The notes: generated by a model from the letters alone, not told the origin. 64,000 nucleotides of DNA from Albugo candida (GCA_040437565.1 JBDOQK010000036.1:186001-250000); one strand, 5' to 3'. Positions 37,989-51,368 are shown, counted from the first letter of the stretch. Numbers and translations: made by a program.

Positions 37989-38640
37989 CTACGCCTTCCG
38001 CTGCCTCTTCGATTTTACTTGCTTTTTATTCGGCGATTTTCCTGCTTTCGGTTTATCTTGCTGCTGTCCACTGCTCTCGACTGGTGCAGGATCGCTCTTG
38101 TCGATCGTTTTCTCGTCCGCTTTTCGGGACTCTTTTTCTTTGACAGCGTTCACATAGACTTGATCTGAGCTAAGTGCGCTATGAATCATTCGCTTTGAAG
38201 CCTTTTGATCCAAATGCATCTTTGGTTCAGCATGACCGCTTTCTAATTTACTTATTCTGTTGATGAATGCTTTGACTCGTTCCTATAATTATCGCTGTGT
38301 AAGCAGCCACTGAGTAGCGCAGATCAATCATATTCGCACCAGTTCTTGCTTCACGTGTAAATGACGCGGGTCTTCAGGCGAAACTCCTTGTGTCTTCAGG
38401 TATATGTATAGTAATCCATTCAAAGCGTACGCTGTGATGTTGAAACACTGACGTTAATGAGTGAAATGTATACCACGATAACGTACCGAGCGACACATTG
38501 AGTTTTGCCTTTTCAAGTGACGAAATGTCGGGATTTGATAAACAGTTTTCGATCGATACACTTTGAAGATGCGCATCTATAATTTGCAGGCTCATCTGCA
38601 CATTACTAATAGACTTTTCGATAGAGACCGTAGTGGTCAT
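37989..38640 (-). CDS. C1D: C1D/Rrp47 exosome cofactor (Sas10/Utp3/C1D family), 3 exons
   Basis: Spliced LEKAKLNVSLAYALNGLLYIYLKTQGVSP..HVKQELERVKAFI..LDQKASKRMIHSAL. Confidence 0.85.
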
Positions 38641-40348
38641 TTGATAGTGCACAATTGAGAGTATCGGTGTAATTAGTCAAGGATAGGTGTCCACNNNNNN
38701 NNNNNNNNNNNNNNNNNNNNNNNNNNNNNNNNNNNNNNNNNNNNNNNNNNNNNNNNNNNNNNNNNNNNNNNNNNNNNNNNNNNNNNNNNNNNNNTTGAGT
38801 TTTGCCTTTTCTAGTGACGAAATGTCGGGATTTGATAAACAGTTTTCGATCGATACACTTTGAAGATGCACATCTATAATTTGCAGGCTCATCTGCACAT
38901 TACTAATAGACTTTTCGGCAGAGAGCGTAGTGGTCATTTGATAGTGCACAATTGAGAGTATCGGTGTAATTAGTCAAGGATAGGTGTCCACCAGTGTTTG
39001 AATTCTGATAGATTTGTCAACTGATAGAAAAGTCAACTGCAGGAATAACGAGATCACATCGTCGTGTCATCGAAGAGATTGAGTCGAGAATATGGACTAC
39101 TTTAAGATTTCGTGGTGTGGAAAATGATTCTTGCTGTCGTCCTATTATGAACTACGGAGATGGCTGCGGGTCAATCAAATTATACTCAGTATTACCTTTG
39201 TGAATTCATTTTGACACGCCTTGACTTTATTTGGCATGTGGCTTGGAGCACCTTCTGAGCGGGTACAAGGTAAATTCAGAACTATTCTGCAACTTAGCTT
39301 CCTTTTCAAACACACAGCTTCTCGTATCCAGAGCTCTTGACCTGTAGCCACAATTACTCACTTAGGTGTTAAAGGTGCCAGGTTTATTCTTTCCGTGCCG
39401 ATAATGTCGCGAACCTCAACATCGTTTGTAAGGCGTCATCGTCGTGGTATTCCTTGCGCTGTATCAAAGTAGTTACATGTTGATACGATGCACAACGAAG
39501 AGGTACAAATGCAGCATCGCCTCCACTGTGATCCTGGACTTTATTATATACTATTGGATTTTACCTTTTGAATCACGTGTGATTATGGAGATCGATTTTA
39601 CCTCATGGTCGAACGAAAAGGATCGGTCTTGGCGCGCTATGAATGTGACAGCACCAAAATGATAGGATCAATTATCCAGCTTGCTTGCTGTATTAAAAAC
39701 CCATTGAATTTTCTTACCCCTTTGAAGAAATGCTAAGTTTTTGGAATTTTCTGACGGCATGCAAAGGGTGTAGCATCGAAGAATTGTTCTCGAATCATAA
39801 GAACTGCTGAGACGTCCAGCCATTTGATTCGGAAATAAATATGGNNNNNNNNNNNNNNNNNNNNNNNNNNNNNNNNNNNNNNNNNNNNNNNNNNNNNNNN
39901 NNNNNNNNNNNNNNNNNNNNNNNNNNNNNNNNNNNNNNNNNNNNGTGATTATGGAGATCGATTTTACCTCATGGTCGAACGAAAAGGATCGGTCTTGGCG
40001 CGCTATGAATGTGACAGCACCAAAATGATAGGATCAATTATCCAGCTTGCTTGCTGTATTAAAAACCCATTGAATTTTCTTACCCCTTTGAAGAAATGCT
40101 AAGTTTTTGGAATTTTCTGACGGCATGCAAAGGGTGTAGCATCGAAGAATTGTTCTCGAATCATAAGAACTGCTGAGACGTCCAGCCATTTGATTCGGAA
40201 ATAAATATGGACACGCCAGTGCCATGAGGGCAGATACCTTGCTGGAATGTTCAGTGTTAGAATAAGCAAAAGAACGTCCAGTCACAGGAAATGTGCGTTA
40301 GTTTGGGTCTTAGTGACATGATGGCTATATATGGGGCTTTCTGATGTT

Positions 40349-41381
40349 CTATGCTTGGGAGTTTTTTTTGCGCTTCTTTAGCCGTTCTTGAGCAGCAAGA
40401 AAATCCTCCTCCGAAGGCTCTGAGTGCTTCGAGCGAGATGGATTCTGGACTTTATTCTTATGCGACTTTGCAGCGTACTTTGCTTCCAAACTGGATACCA
40501 TTGAAGAAAATTCCATCTCTCTACGTGGACGTGAGATATTTCGAAAGTGTAAGGGAAACGAATTACCGTTTGGTTTTTCGTAGCGCACTACTTGGGCTAG
40601 CAGTATCACCAATATTCCTTTTCCGTATCTTTGAAAGTAAAGCTTCTGCTTCCATTGCCTCCTTTTTTCTCTTCTTGTCACGAGTCTTTCGACGATTGGC
40701 TTTCTCGGTACTGCTTGTACTTGAAGAAGTTCGCCACACTTGGAACAAAGGTACCTACGAATGAAAACTATAAAAAGAATATTCCAAGCCAACATGCACA
40801 TTATACTTTTTCTTGATCAATCGCTCGTTCGATCATTTCAGAAAAACGTGTTTCATCATCTTCGGTCGACAGCATGATTGCATCCATGATTTTAGACAGT
40901 CGGCCTTTGAACTTAACATACGCATTTAAAACATCCTTCTCTTCTTCTTCTGAAAACCTGTATTTCTTTTCAAACTCATCAATATCTTTTTCCGTCACTT
41001 TAGGAAATATCTTGTCGAAGTAATCTTTCCACGTTGTGCTCAAGTTTGCATCGTCTTCATTACAGGAGTAACTGCCAGTCAAATCATAATATTCTCTAGA
41101 CTCCTTTTTGATTAAAATTGCATGAATTGCGCTGATAGCTTGAAACTTTCTCGTTGCTTCCTCTTGCGTGAGTTGGTCTCTTCCTTGCTTGTCAGGATGC
41201 TAATGAAGACGACATCACACGTGCGCCTTGGAAATCAACAAGAATAGTCAGATCGTACATATCGAAGCGCGAGCTTGTGGTAAGATTTGGTTACTTCTTT
41301 GTCGCTAGCATCTTTCTTTATACCCAAAACTTCGTATAGATTGCATTGAGATCCAAATTCTGCTGCAATCAAATCGCTCAT
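40349..41381 (-). CDS. DNAJC9: DnaJ protein, DNAJC9-like, multi-exon
   Basis: J-domain LYEVLG..YHKLALRY|HPDK..KFQAI. WKDYF..YRFSEEEEKDVLNAY; C-terminal SLEAKY and EPSEEDF. Confidence 0.85.
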
Positions 41382-41426
41382 TGCGCTTGTTTTTGTGGCT
41401 TATCGATTTGATGAAATACGTATGAA

Positions 41427-41438
41427 TCAGCCAATCAA
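41427..41438. promoter_or_regulatory. CCAAT box in the divergent DNAJC9 / 41713 intergenic region
   Basis: TCAGCCAATCAA, 45 bp from the DNAJC9 ATG. Confidence 0.55.
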
Positions 41439-41712
41439 TACACGCCTGTGAAAAGATACAATTGAATAAGCTCATTTTGTCAATGTTGCGATAATAATAG
41501 CTCTCTCGATAACTGTCACTGTGTCTACTCTTCTTTCGCGGAGGAATTTTGTTGGTGCTGTTGAGCTAGTAGCCCCACCAGATGCTCGTGTTTTGAAAAA
41601 AAGTGCACAGAGTCGAAAAGGTTTGAAATCATAACACGACTGCATTAACAACTCCGATTGGAGGAAATTGAAGTTAGGTCGCGGCTGTCGAGCTAAAGCA
41701 AAGTGCAATTTC

Positions 41713-42435
41713 ATGGATGCCTTTGCAGCATTCCGAACGTTCGCCGAAGAGCCCCTTCTGGTTGTAGGTCAAGAAAGTAAATCGCAGCATGGCACTACTC
41801 TTCAACAGACCAAATCACTTGAAGAGCTGATACAAGTCGAGGTACATTTGAGCATGCTTTGACAATGGAGCTTGCTGACAGTGCTGGTGTGGTACTAGAT
41901 CAAACACAAGCACATAGTCCGAGAAAACTTGTTGAAAGTGGATTTGATCAATGATAGAGTCATGATGGAGATGCAGAGCTGGCTTCAGAAACTTGCTGAT
42001 GATACGGAAGCGCTGGGAATACCCAACAGTTCACATAGCTCTTTATCGTTGGAATCGTGCAGCAACCTGTGTAAAATAATCAAAGATCGCATTCAAACTT
42101 TAAGAAGTGAAGTACAGATTCTGGAAAGCGAAGCCGAAGAGCGAATAGCAGCTGAAAGAAGTTGCAGTAAGGGTCGAGAAGTGAACGTCGACAATGTCAT
42201 ATCAATTCGAAATATGACAGCTGAGCTTTTGAAACTACAGCGAGATGCTTGGTCGCTTCGAGAAAAAAAGAACATGCTTTGCAAGCTAACAACAGTTCAT
42301 TCTAAAGCAAACATTTTCCCGGCGAAGGAGTCTTCTTGCATTCCGAAGGATATATTTGGCTGTACGCCGAAATCAACGGAAAAGTCCACATTGTCAAACA
42401 CAAAAGCCGACTCGGCCTTTGATCTCACAATTTGA
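41713..42435 (+). CDS. Hypothetical coiled-coil protein; exons 41713-41841, 41899-42435
   Basis: An in-frame GT-AG intron joins two ORFs; heptad-like IKDRIQTLRSEVQILESEAEER. Confidence 0.6.
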
Positions 42436-42573
42436 GTTAAAATACTTTTGTTACCTAATTCAATGAGAAAGCTTAGGCTTGTAATCAAAGTAATTACCGT
42501 ATGTCAAAATAATACACCACGGACGTTACAATTTATTTTATATGCAGCACCTTTGATTCTCGTCACTTGCGCT

Positions 42574-45500
42574 ATGGATGCATCTAGGAACGAGGAGATC
42601 ATATCTCAATGGTGGAATCAGCTAAAACATCTCATTGCCCACCCTAGATTACTCGTGCTACACGAACATCTCTATTTTGCAGCGTTAAACGCGCAAAATG
42701 CATCGACTTATGGCCCTACTAGCTCCTCACTACAAGTTACGGAAGCGATAAAGTTCCTCTCGCGTACAATTGAGGTACAATCTGATATGACTCGCTCTAT
42801 CGTCACCGAAGTACAAAAGTTTTCTCGTCTCATCAAAGAAGGCGACGTCACGAGAGACGAAAGCATCATCGACAAAATGAGCTTTCGAATGGCAATTAGT
42901 ATGATTTCTCTTGCACAAAAGAAACGCGAATTGAATTTTGGGACAGTATCTTCAGGTAGTGGACTTCTCGTAGACATTCTCCGCAATTGGACACCGCAAT
43001 CAGCGTTCCTGTTCCCTCACTTGGCACATGAAGGTGATTCGCCTCTTGTAGTATCAAATCACATTGCTTTAACATTCTGATACAATGTAGATAATGCTGA
43101 GGTTTTTCTTTCGCGTTTTGAGATGAATGAGGACGATGAAGCCCATTACGCAAGCGAATTTAACAAGCTCACGAATGGGATTGTGGGATTTGGTGGTACC
43201 GAGCGAAAGCGAGAGCTGATATCTTTGGAGGAAGCTATGAGATTTTTTCAAGTCTCGGGATTATCACAGCAGGTTTAGCTCCTGCGTTTGCGATTTTGAC
43301 AAGTTCTGACTTTTCCATCTAGGAACTGCTCGAGATTATGTACCTTGTTAAATCCGCATTTCTTGAAGTCTCTTTAGAAAATGTATCGAAGGAGGAATTT
43401 TGCATTGACATGCATCTTATCGCGTGTCGCTCGAAACGCGGTCTTAGAAAACTTCCATTGGACTTCCCTTTTGCTTTGTTTACTCTCTTACCCAATCTCG
43501 GCAAAGGTTTTAGAGGCTGTAATGACGGCCACCAAAATCTTCAGAACCTTACAAGTGCTTCTTCCTTGATTTCATTATTGGATAGGCAACTAGAAAACAC
43601 CAAAGGCCACCTTCGGTTGGTAAAGCTCAATTGTGCGATTACCGAGCAGATAATGTCGGAATTGCATCAGTATGTGAGCGAGTTAGTCCAGCAACTGGGT
43701 GATCTAGGGATGAGTGATACTTGGCCTGATATCGTCGGATGCGGCCTCGAATTGACAATGGAAAAACTCAATCAGATCACGGGTGGTATGAGAGCTTTTA
43801 TGGAACGCGAAAGAACGAGTATTCGAGAGAGCGAACATCTGTCTGTGAGAAGTACAGACGATACAAATGATCCTACTTATGTGCTTCCAGTCAAGCTTGT
43901 GCATGAGCTAAGCGAACTACGGCAAAAACGCAAGAGTCTGGAAGAGTTGCATAGTAAGGTATGTGAAGAACTCCAACAGCAAATGGACAAGGGAGCTGAT
44001 TACAGGAGCGTCCGATCCGTCAGCGATCAATTACTGGATTCGTCTCATTCGCTTCGACACGATGATTGCGACAAAAAGTCGATTGACTTTGAAGTAAAGC
44101 GGGATTACTTAGCCGAGGATGCGGGAATTGTGAGCAATCTACCACTGCACAATACAAATTCCTGGCAAAAGGAAAAAGTGAATACAGTCCCCGCTAAGAG
44201 CATAGATCAAGGTTCCGAAGCTTTCTTTGTAAATTTCGACGACTCGACCTTTTCTTCGGCAGACGTGATGCATTCACAGAAATCCGATAGCTGTGCAAAG
44301 CTCGATTTGGATGATGGAGATTTCGCCAAAAGTCAAGACTGGGGCAAGGATGATGTTGATGAAGCTAAGAGAGCGGATCACGTCAAGCCAAAGGCGATCG
44401 AGCAAACTGGCTTGACAGATACTAGTTTTTTCAACGCGTGGGAAAGCAGTACGTTTCAGGCTTTTGGAAAAGGTGACGATGATACAAGAACAAACACACT
44501 GTCGCCAACTGATGTACATGATTGTGTTTCAATGCATGAAATACGATCCGTCAAAGACTTTTTACCAAATTACAGTGAGAGCATCGAATACGGCCTGAAA
44601 AGCTCCGCTTTTGCCGACAAAAAATTGGTGCATGGTATCCCACTCGATGGAGGAAATGATATCGACCTGAATGTGCTCGGTGAGAGAGCTCTTGACATTA
44701 GTGAGAATACTCAGAAGACCGACAAAATCAAGGATAATGCCTCCATGTTGCTGGCTACCCCAGCTCCAATTCGGGAAACATCAAGATTGAGTGAACGATT
44801 GAGGAATCGTGCTACTTTGATCACTAAAGTAGACGACAGCATCGCCTTGAAATCAGCTCCGTTCGATCAAAGCAGTTTGTTTTCGACTGAAACATGTACC
44901 AAAGATGAAATTAGTACTACTTTACAAGACGAGAACCAAGCACAAAAGACCAACGTCAAGCTGAAAGCATTGTCGTTCGAATGCGACTTTGGCGAGTTTG
45001 AACAAGCTACCGCGACGGCGACGTTTGGATCCTTCGAATCAAGCACAAATATTGATGGCTTGGAATTCGCATCCTTTCAGGCATTTGAGAGTGCTCCAAA
45101 TAAAGCCTTTGATACTTCAGTGAATGAAACTATGGCTGTCTCAGAGGATACAAAGCCCATCGATGATAAAGCTTTCAGTGCTTTCGGATCGTTTGAGATT
45201 AATAGCTCCGAATTTGAATCGTTTGGGGACTTTGAGCAAGCTTCTGATCTGAAAAGTCCATCATCGATCAATATGGACAATACGGTCGAGAATTGGTCTT
45301 CCTTCGCAACGCCTGGCGTCCCCACTGAATCCAATATATGGACAGTCGACGACTTGCATAGGACAGGCTCCATGCCGAAGGATAAGTGTTCAAGTAGCGA
45401 TGATTTCTGCATGGAGACCTTTGCTGCTGACAGTTGTGATACATCCGATGCCTTCCAAGAACCACAAGTTACAGAGGAAGAAAATGGCTGTCATGTCATC

Positions 45501-47522
45501 CCAGAAGGTGACCAGTCGCTATATGAAGCGAGCTTAGAAGCTCCTCTTCCCGAATTCACCTTTTCGGAGGTGGAGTCCATGCTTGAGACCGATGCTTCTG
45601 AGTTGTCTTTCAGCACAGCCAACGTAAGCAACGAGGAACCGAAATTATCTACTGAGACTAAAAGTGACGAAAATACATTCGACGCGACTTTGACGCTTCA
45701 ATCAAACGATTTGGAGAGTACCAGCGACTCGATAGTCGATCCCTCGCCAGTCCACGAGAAAGGCCCGAAGGAACATATAACAACATTTGACAGCGAATAT
45801 CTTCCTCCGTTGGACGATCTCGCTTTTTTTGAAGCGCAGCCAACAAGTGATACATTTCGAGCCACTGGTGAATCTATCGACTTTATTATTGAGAGAAATC
45901 CTTCTATTGAAAATATTTTTGCCGATACAGAGCCCAACTCGGCAGATATATCCCGCTTACAGTCGGAGGACTCTTTCAAGACTGAGGATTTTGCAGAGAC
46001 GATTGCTTTCGACACAGTCGATTGTAAGACAAATGAGATCAACATTATGGATGCTATCGAAACCAAAGTGTTCTCAGAACCGATTCTAGAACAAGATGGA
46101 TTGAACAATGATGCTGAAAACGACAGCAAGGAAAGTAGAATCTCTTTGGGACTCTTGGATGAAGCAGACACTGAGATTTGGCAACGCACGTCTACTGATG
46201 GTGACGGATACAACGATCTCAATACAAAACATCAATTTCCATTACTCGACCCGAATGCTGTGACACTCGAGACGGAGCCCCCGGAAGCAGCTCAGCTGGT
46301 CAATTTTCCCGATTTCTTGGAATTGAAGGCTGAAGAATTGCCAAGGTACTCGTCGTCGTTGGTGGATTCCAGGAACACCGATATATGTATTGACGACTCA
46401 CACATCGTCGATGAGCTTCCCATTTTGTTAGACTTGGTCGAAGCCCCACCAGGAAATGATTTTTTAAAATCCGTAGCGAATACAACGGATACCCAAGAGG
46501 AGATCAACACAAGAGAAATGGTATCGTTCTATCTGCCTCGAGACAGACATCACGTGTCTCTCGTCGAGGTGGCTCAAGCCGACCAGAGTTCCGATAACGT
46601 GGATACCATGCCTCTGGCTAATGATGTGACCAAGGCTACCAACTCCGCGGATGGTGACCTGAATACCAGGAAGACTTTGATCGCACTCGGAAGCTCAAAT
46701 GATACTTTACGCGATGAATTGGTACATTTATTTGAAAAATGTGACGATCAAGCGCTTATCGATCATGAGCCGGATGCCGCAGTTTCTCACGAAACTATCA
46801 AAAGTGATGAAACAGGTGATAATGATGCTTCAGCATGTCTTTTTATTATGAAAGTGGGACAATCGAAAATGGAAGATGTGGAAGCCGAGTTGGGTGAGAT
46901 GTTCTCAGCTTACACTACGGCCAAATTGAATGAAATAGAAGACTCCATCGGTACGCCTGATTGCACCGAAGCCTGTAATGCAACTCAAGAAGAGATGCTA
47001 TCTGTCAAATCCGCCCTCTTCGCATCCATCGATGAGTTATGTCGTCTGGCCTCAAAAGAAAGAAAAAACAACGCAACGAGTGATGATTTCGAGCCGAGTA
47101 CGTTCATTGTCGAGTGTGAAAGTGAGAAAACCGCGAAGAGGAACGTCGAGCAAAGCCATTTGAAAGAACACACAGATGCTTCCACGCAGGAACTCACCAA
47201 AAACGGAATTACAGACGATGAAGCGTTTGAAAAACTAATGGAACAAGTCCCGTTTCCACCTCTCCTTTTTACCGAAGATGTTTTGACCGATAATTTTGAA
47301 TTTGAGCATGATCAAGTCGCCAGCATTATGCGGAAACAGAGCGCACGGAAGAATTCGAATCCGTTCGCAAACAAATCTGCAGCTGATGTGGCGAAAGCTG
47401 TTGATGACTTGATCGGACACTGCGAATCTCTTTCCGATGATGAATCCTTGGGAGTAACGAGGAAGCTCACATTAGAAGAAGTTAGCAACGAATTAGAGCG
47501 TATGACATTGGATGTTGCGTAA
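42574..47522 (+). CDS. Eps15/gamma-synergin-like EH-domain trafficking protein; exons 42574-43033, 43091-43272, 43323-47522
   Basis: Splicing reveals an EH-like domain ISLEEAMRFFQVSGLSQQELLEIMYL..SKEEFCIDMHLI..G...LP. It is followed by a coiled coil and a long acidic region with FGxF-type motifs and one NPF. Confidence 0.7.
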
Positions 47523-47598
47523 TTAGTGAGTGTGATGTGAATGTACATGCCTTTTAGCTACATTCGTATAACACTACCGACGACTAAAGATCGACTGA

Positions 47599-49605
47599 AT
47601 GGGTGCCGTAAATTCTGCTTCGAGATTTGCAGAAATCGATGTTGATTCGTATAATGGCATCAAGTACTCGAACGAGATCCCTTTTTCGGAAGAGGAAACT
47701 CGGGGAGCCATCCGAATCACTGAGACGATTCCAATGGATCCTTCCACCAATACTTTGTACCATACTTTCCAACACGGATTGAGTATAGAGAATGGCCAGC
47801 GGTTATGCTACGGTACACGCGAGAATCTCGGGAATGGGAAATACGGATCGTACAAGTGGTTGACCTACAATGAGGTCTACGATCGGTTTATTGCAATCGC
47901 AGCTGGATTGACTCACTTTGCAAATGTACAACGTCAGCAAATGATCGGCATTTACAGCAAGAATCGTGTAGAGTGGTGCTTGGTGCAACATGCGTGTGAC
48001 CGGCAGTCTTATGTCACAGTGCCTCTGTATGATACACTCGGTATGGATGCGGTCACTTACATTATCAATCATACAGAAATGAAAGTTGTTGTGATCGCAC
48101 AAGAGCACTTTGAAGTTTTGATTAAATCGAAAGAAAAGTGTCCTCTTTTAACAGATGTGGTACAATTCGAACAAGTCACGGAAAAGCAAAAAGAAGTGGC
48201 TCGTGCAAATGGACTCAATATCGTGTCACTGGATGAGATTATCGCTTGGGGTAGAGAACATCCGCTACCGCCCGATCTTCCAAAAGAATCCGATTTATGT
48301 ACTATTTCGTATACATCAGGAACCACTGGAGACCCAAAAGGAGTCATATTGCTGCATCGGAATCTTGCGAGCTCCCGTGTGATTGCTTACCAGCGTGATT
48401 TGATCAAGATCGATGACGTACACATCTCGTACTTGCCGCTACCACACGTTTTCGAGCGTACAGTGATGATACTCGTCACATACATGGGCGCTTCAGCTGG
48501 GTTTTTTCACGGTGACATGCTTACTTTGCTGGAAGATGTGGCTGAACTAAAACCTACAGTGTTCGTTTCTGTTCCACGACTTTTTAATCGCGTCTATGAA
48601 AAAATCACGCACGGTGTGGCTGCAGCAGGGGGACTCAAAAAGCTGATGTTTGATCAAGCATATCAGTCGAAAAAGTCCTACTTGGAAGATGGATACGTCA
48701 CACACGCTTTTTGGGATGCTTTAGTGTTTTCAAAAATTCGGATGGTTTTAGGCGGACGGATTCGTGTGTTTGTTTCTGGATCAGCACCACTGAGTAGTGA
48801 AGTGAAAAAATTCCTAGAAATCGTCTTTTGCTGTCATGTTTTGGAAGGATACGCTATGACTGAGTGTGCGGCGAACGCCACTTTGACTTGCATTGATCAA
48901 CCTCTAGGTCCTCATGTTGGAATTCCTACCGCGAATACCCAAATACGATTAGAAGATGTAACGGAAATGAATTATACGTCAAAGGATCGCCCTCGTCCTC
49001 GCGGAGAAATTCTCGTCCGGAATCAATCTGTTTTTGCAGGTTACTTCAAAGATCCCGAGAAAACAGCTGAAACCGTGGACGCTGACGGCTGGTTACATAC
49101 GGGAGACATTGGATGTTGGAATGCTGATGGATCGTTAAGCATCATCGATCGAAAGAAAAATATTTTCAAGCTATCTCAAGGAGAATATGTTGCACCGGAA
49201 AAGATTGAACAAATTTATCAGAAATCAAAATATATCGCGCAAGTCTTCATCTACGGTGACTCCTTGCAAAGTAGCCTGATTGCCATCGCAGTTCCCGACC
49301 CGGAGGTAGCTGAAGAATGGGCAAGATCGAAAGGAATCACACTCAGAAAGGATGAAAATTGCGTCATGAAAATCGTACACAATCCCGATTTTATAAGGAC
49401 CGTGATGACTGACTGTGAAAAGCTGGCAAAACAAGCAGGATTGAATAAATTCGAGTGGGCGAAACGAATCCATTTGTATCCGCATCTGTTTTCGGTGGAA
49501 AATGGACTGATTACACCGACATTCAAGCTGAAACGCCCACAACTGAGGCAATTTTTCCAGAACGAAATAAACGCAATGTACCAGGACATCGATCGAGTAG
49601 GTTAA
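47599..49605 (+). CDS. Long-chain acyl-CoA synthetase
   Basis: YTSGTTGDPKGV, SYLPLPHVFER, EGYAMTE, GWLHTGDIG, IIDRKKNIFKLSQGEYVAPEKIE and TPTFKLKR. Confidence 0.97.
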   Translation: MGAVNSASRFAEIDVDSYNGIKYSNEIPFSEEETRGAIRITETIPMDPSTNTLYHTFQHGLSIENGQRLCYGTRENLGNGKYGSYKWLTYNEVYDRFIAIAAGLTHFANVQRQQMIGIYSKNRVEWCLVQHACDRQSYVTVPLYDTLGMDAVTYIINHTEMKVVVIAQEHFEVLIKSKEKCPLLTDVVQFEQVTEKQKEVARANGLNIVSLDEIIAWGREHPLPPDLPKESDLCTISYTSGTTGDPKGVILLHRNLASSRVIAYQRDLIKIDDVHISYLPLPHVFERTVMILVTYMGASAGFFHGDMLTLLEDVAELKPTVFVSVPRLFNRVYEKITHGVAAAGGLKKLMFDQAYQSKKSYLEDGYVTHAFWDALVFSKIRMVLGGRIRVFVSGSAPLSSEVKKFLEIVFCCHVLEGYAMTECAANATLTCIDQPLGPHVGIPTANTQIRLEDVTEMNYTSKDRPRPRGEILVRNQSVFAGYFKDPEKTAETVDADGWLHTGDIGCWNADGSLSIIDRKKNIFKLSQGEYVAPEKIEQIYQKSKYIAQVFIYGDSLQSSLIAIAVPDPEVAEEWARSKGITLRKDENCVMKIVHNPDFIRTVMTDCEKLAKQAGLNKFEWAKRIHLYPHLFSVENGLITPTFKLKRPQLRQFFQNEINAMYQDIDRVG

Positions 49606-49914
49606 ATGTCATAGCGTTTAACATTAGATCATGAGAAATAGTGTTGATCTGATTTAGAGTTTTGCAGTTTTCCGAGTGAGCTAGTGAGTCCACTGTTGGA
49701 CGCGCTGCCAACTGAGGGATTGCCTTGGGGATTTTAGGCCGAAGTGCACTGAAGTAAATATACACGAGTTGATTAGACGCGCGTAGTGCTTCAAACTCGG
49801 TATAAGAATAAATTCCTTATAGAATTAACGAATATGTTTCCGTTTGAATCAAAAAATGTACTTTTATTCAGAAAACATGCAAATGCGAAAAGGGGGACAG
49901 AAAATGCGTTTTAT

Positions 49915-50565
49915 CTAAACCAAGAAAGATGCCATGATTGTGGAAGAGATAGCAACGACTGCCACAGAAGTCATCACGGATTGAGCGGAACTAGTTTTTT
50001 CTGTAGAGTCCGCACCGGTAGCTTCTTGGCCAGAAGTGCTTCCGGTGTCTTCGCTTGGTGATGTAGATGTCGCTGGGGTTGTATCGTCACTTGAAGTGTC
50101 AGTAGGTGAATCAGTGGTCGACTTGCCATCAGTCTTCTCATCCATAAGGGAAGCTCCGGAAGTCATTTCACTAGTAGGCTTCTTCTCCTCTTTCGATAAA
50201 GTGGTGTCGGATCCGTTTTTGGGAGTAGTTGGAGCGTTGGATGATTGGTCCGGAATGGTAGGTGGCATAGAAGGGGTTGATCCATCGTTGGCATTGCCAT
50301 TTTCGGTTTTCGGAGGCATGTTTGGTGCAGTACCTAGCTGAGCTGACATCATGTTCGGGTTCATTGGCCCCGGGTTCGAGGTAGTTGTTTGCGTACTGGT
50401 GGTGGTTGAGGAAGATTGGGGTGTGGTGGCAGGGGCTCCAGGGGCTCCACTGGGTGGACTTCCGGCATTGTTTGGTGCTCCAGCTTGGGGTGTCGTTGGT
50501 GGGGGTGTCTGGGCATTAGCCTGAGCAACAGCAATCGCAGCGATGAGGTATCCGAAAGTTTTCAT
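49915..50565 (-). CDS. Secreted Ser/Thr/Pro-rich, probably GPI-anchored surface protein
   Basis: Signal MKTFGYLIAAIAVAQANA, low-complexity body and hydrophobic C-terminus SSAQSVMTSVAVVAISSTIMASFLV. Confidence 0.8.
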   Translation of the reverse strand: MKTFGYLIAAIAVAQANAQTPPPTTPQAGAPNNAGSPPSGAPGAPATTPQSSSTTTSTQTTTSNPGPMNPNMMSAQLGTAPNMPPKTENGNANDGSTPSMPPTIPDQSSNAPTTPKNGSDTTLSKEEKKPTSEMTSGASLMDEKTDGKSTTDSPTDTSSDDTTPATSTSPSEDTGSTSGQEATGADSTEKTSSAQSVMTSVAVVAISSTIMASFLV

Positions 50566-50618
50566 TGTGATTGTGTGAGTGAATTTGCTTTGTACAACTG
50601 ATGTGTTGGTTAGAAGGA

Positions 50619-50632
50619 AAATGTGATAATGA
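50619..50632 (-). promoter_or_regulatory. Oomycete INR-FPR core promoter element (one mismatch)
   Basis: TCATTATCACATTT on the minus strand, ~55 bp before ATG 50565; consensus YCAYTYYNNNWTTY. Confidence 0.5.
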
Positions 50633-51368
50633 GTTGGAATATGAGAGGAGATCTTCTGTGTTCTGCAAGAGAGAGTTATGCCACCACTCACCGTACATAT
50701 GTCACGCCTACGCAAGACACTCTATACATTTTGTGTGTAACATCTGTCTATAAATACATAAAAAGCCGATATTTTGGTATGGGCACCCAATGAAATTTTG
50801 CCCTACATCGTTTCTCACGCTTCTAGAAATACCTATGATTCAATGTATGGTATAAAAATGCGGATCAGATTACCCTGAACACTGAACTCACACCATCTGA
50901 CATGAATGTTCTACCATGCTGAAATGTAAATACCCTAGAATTTGCAAACTAACCGGTAATATATGTCGACGCTCCTCATGAGTTTGGGAGACACGTGATA
51001 TGACCTCATCGATTGTGTCGTACTGAAGGTATTTTTATGTATTCAAACAAGTGTCACGACCCTCCCTGGTCCCACTTTTGTCACTGAGGTTACTATCTTA
51101 CTCATTACGGGTAAATTCAATTCGACACGTGCTTTACACTTGTCGTCATGGTGTAATAGCGATATTTGTTTGGTGCTGTTCTGTTACGATAAAATTCGCA
51201 TTATAAGAGCGCTTACGAGACGTCTTCATTTTGAGTAAATTCTTATTTGGGAACAATACGCAATCTAAAACGTATGGTAGAAATATACATGTGGTTTGAA
51301 CTGAGCGCTTTATTTTGAGCATATGCAATTAGAAATTTCTAAAAAACGAAAATACAGGAGAATCCCAG

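Noticed and set aside
39444-40285. Short ORFs between C1D and DNAJC9
   Set aside because: No recognisable motifs, interrupted by stops and partly a gap duplicate; cannot be supported.
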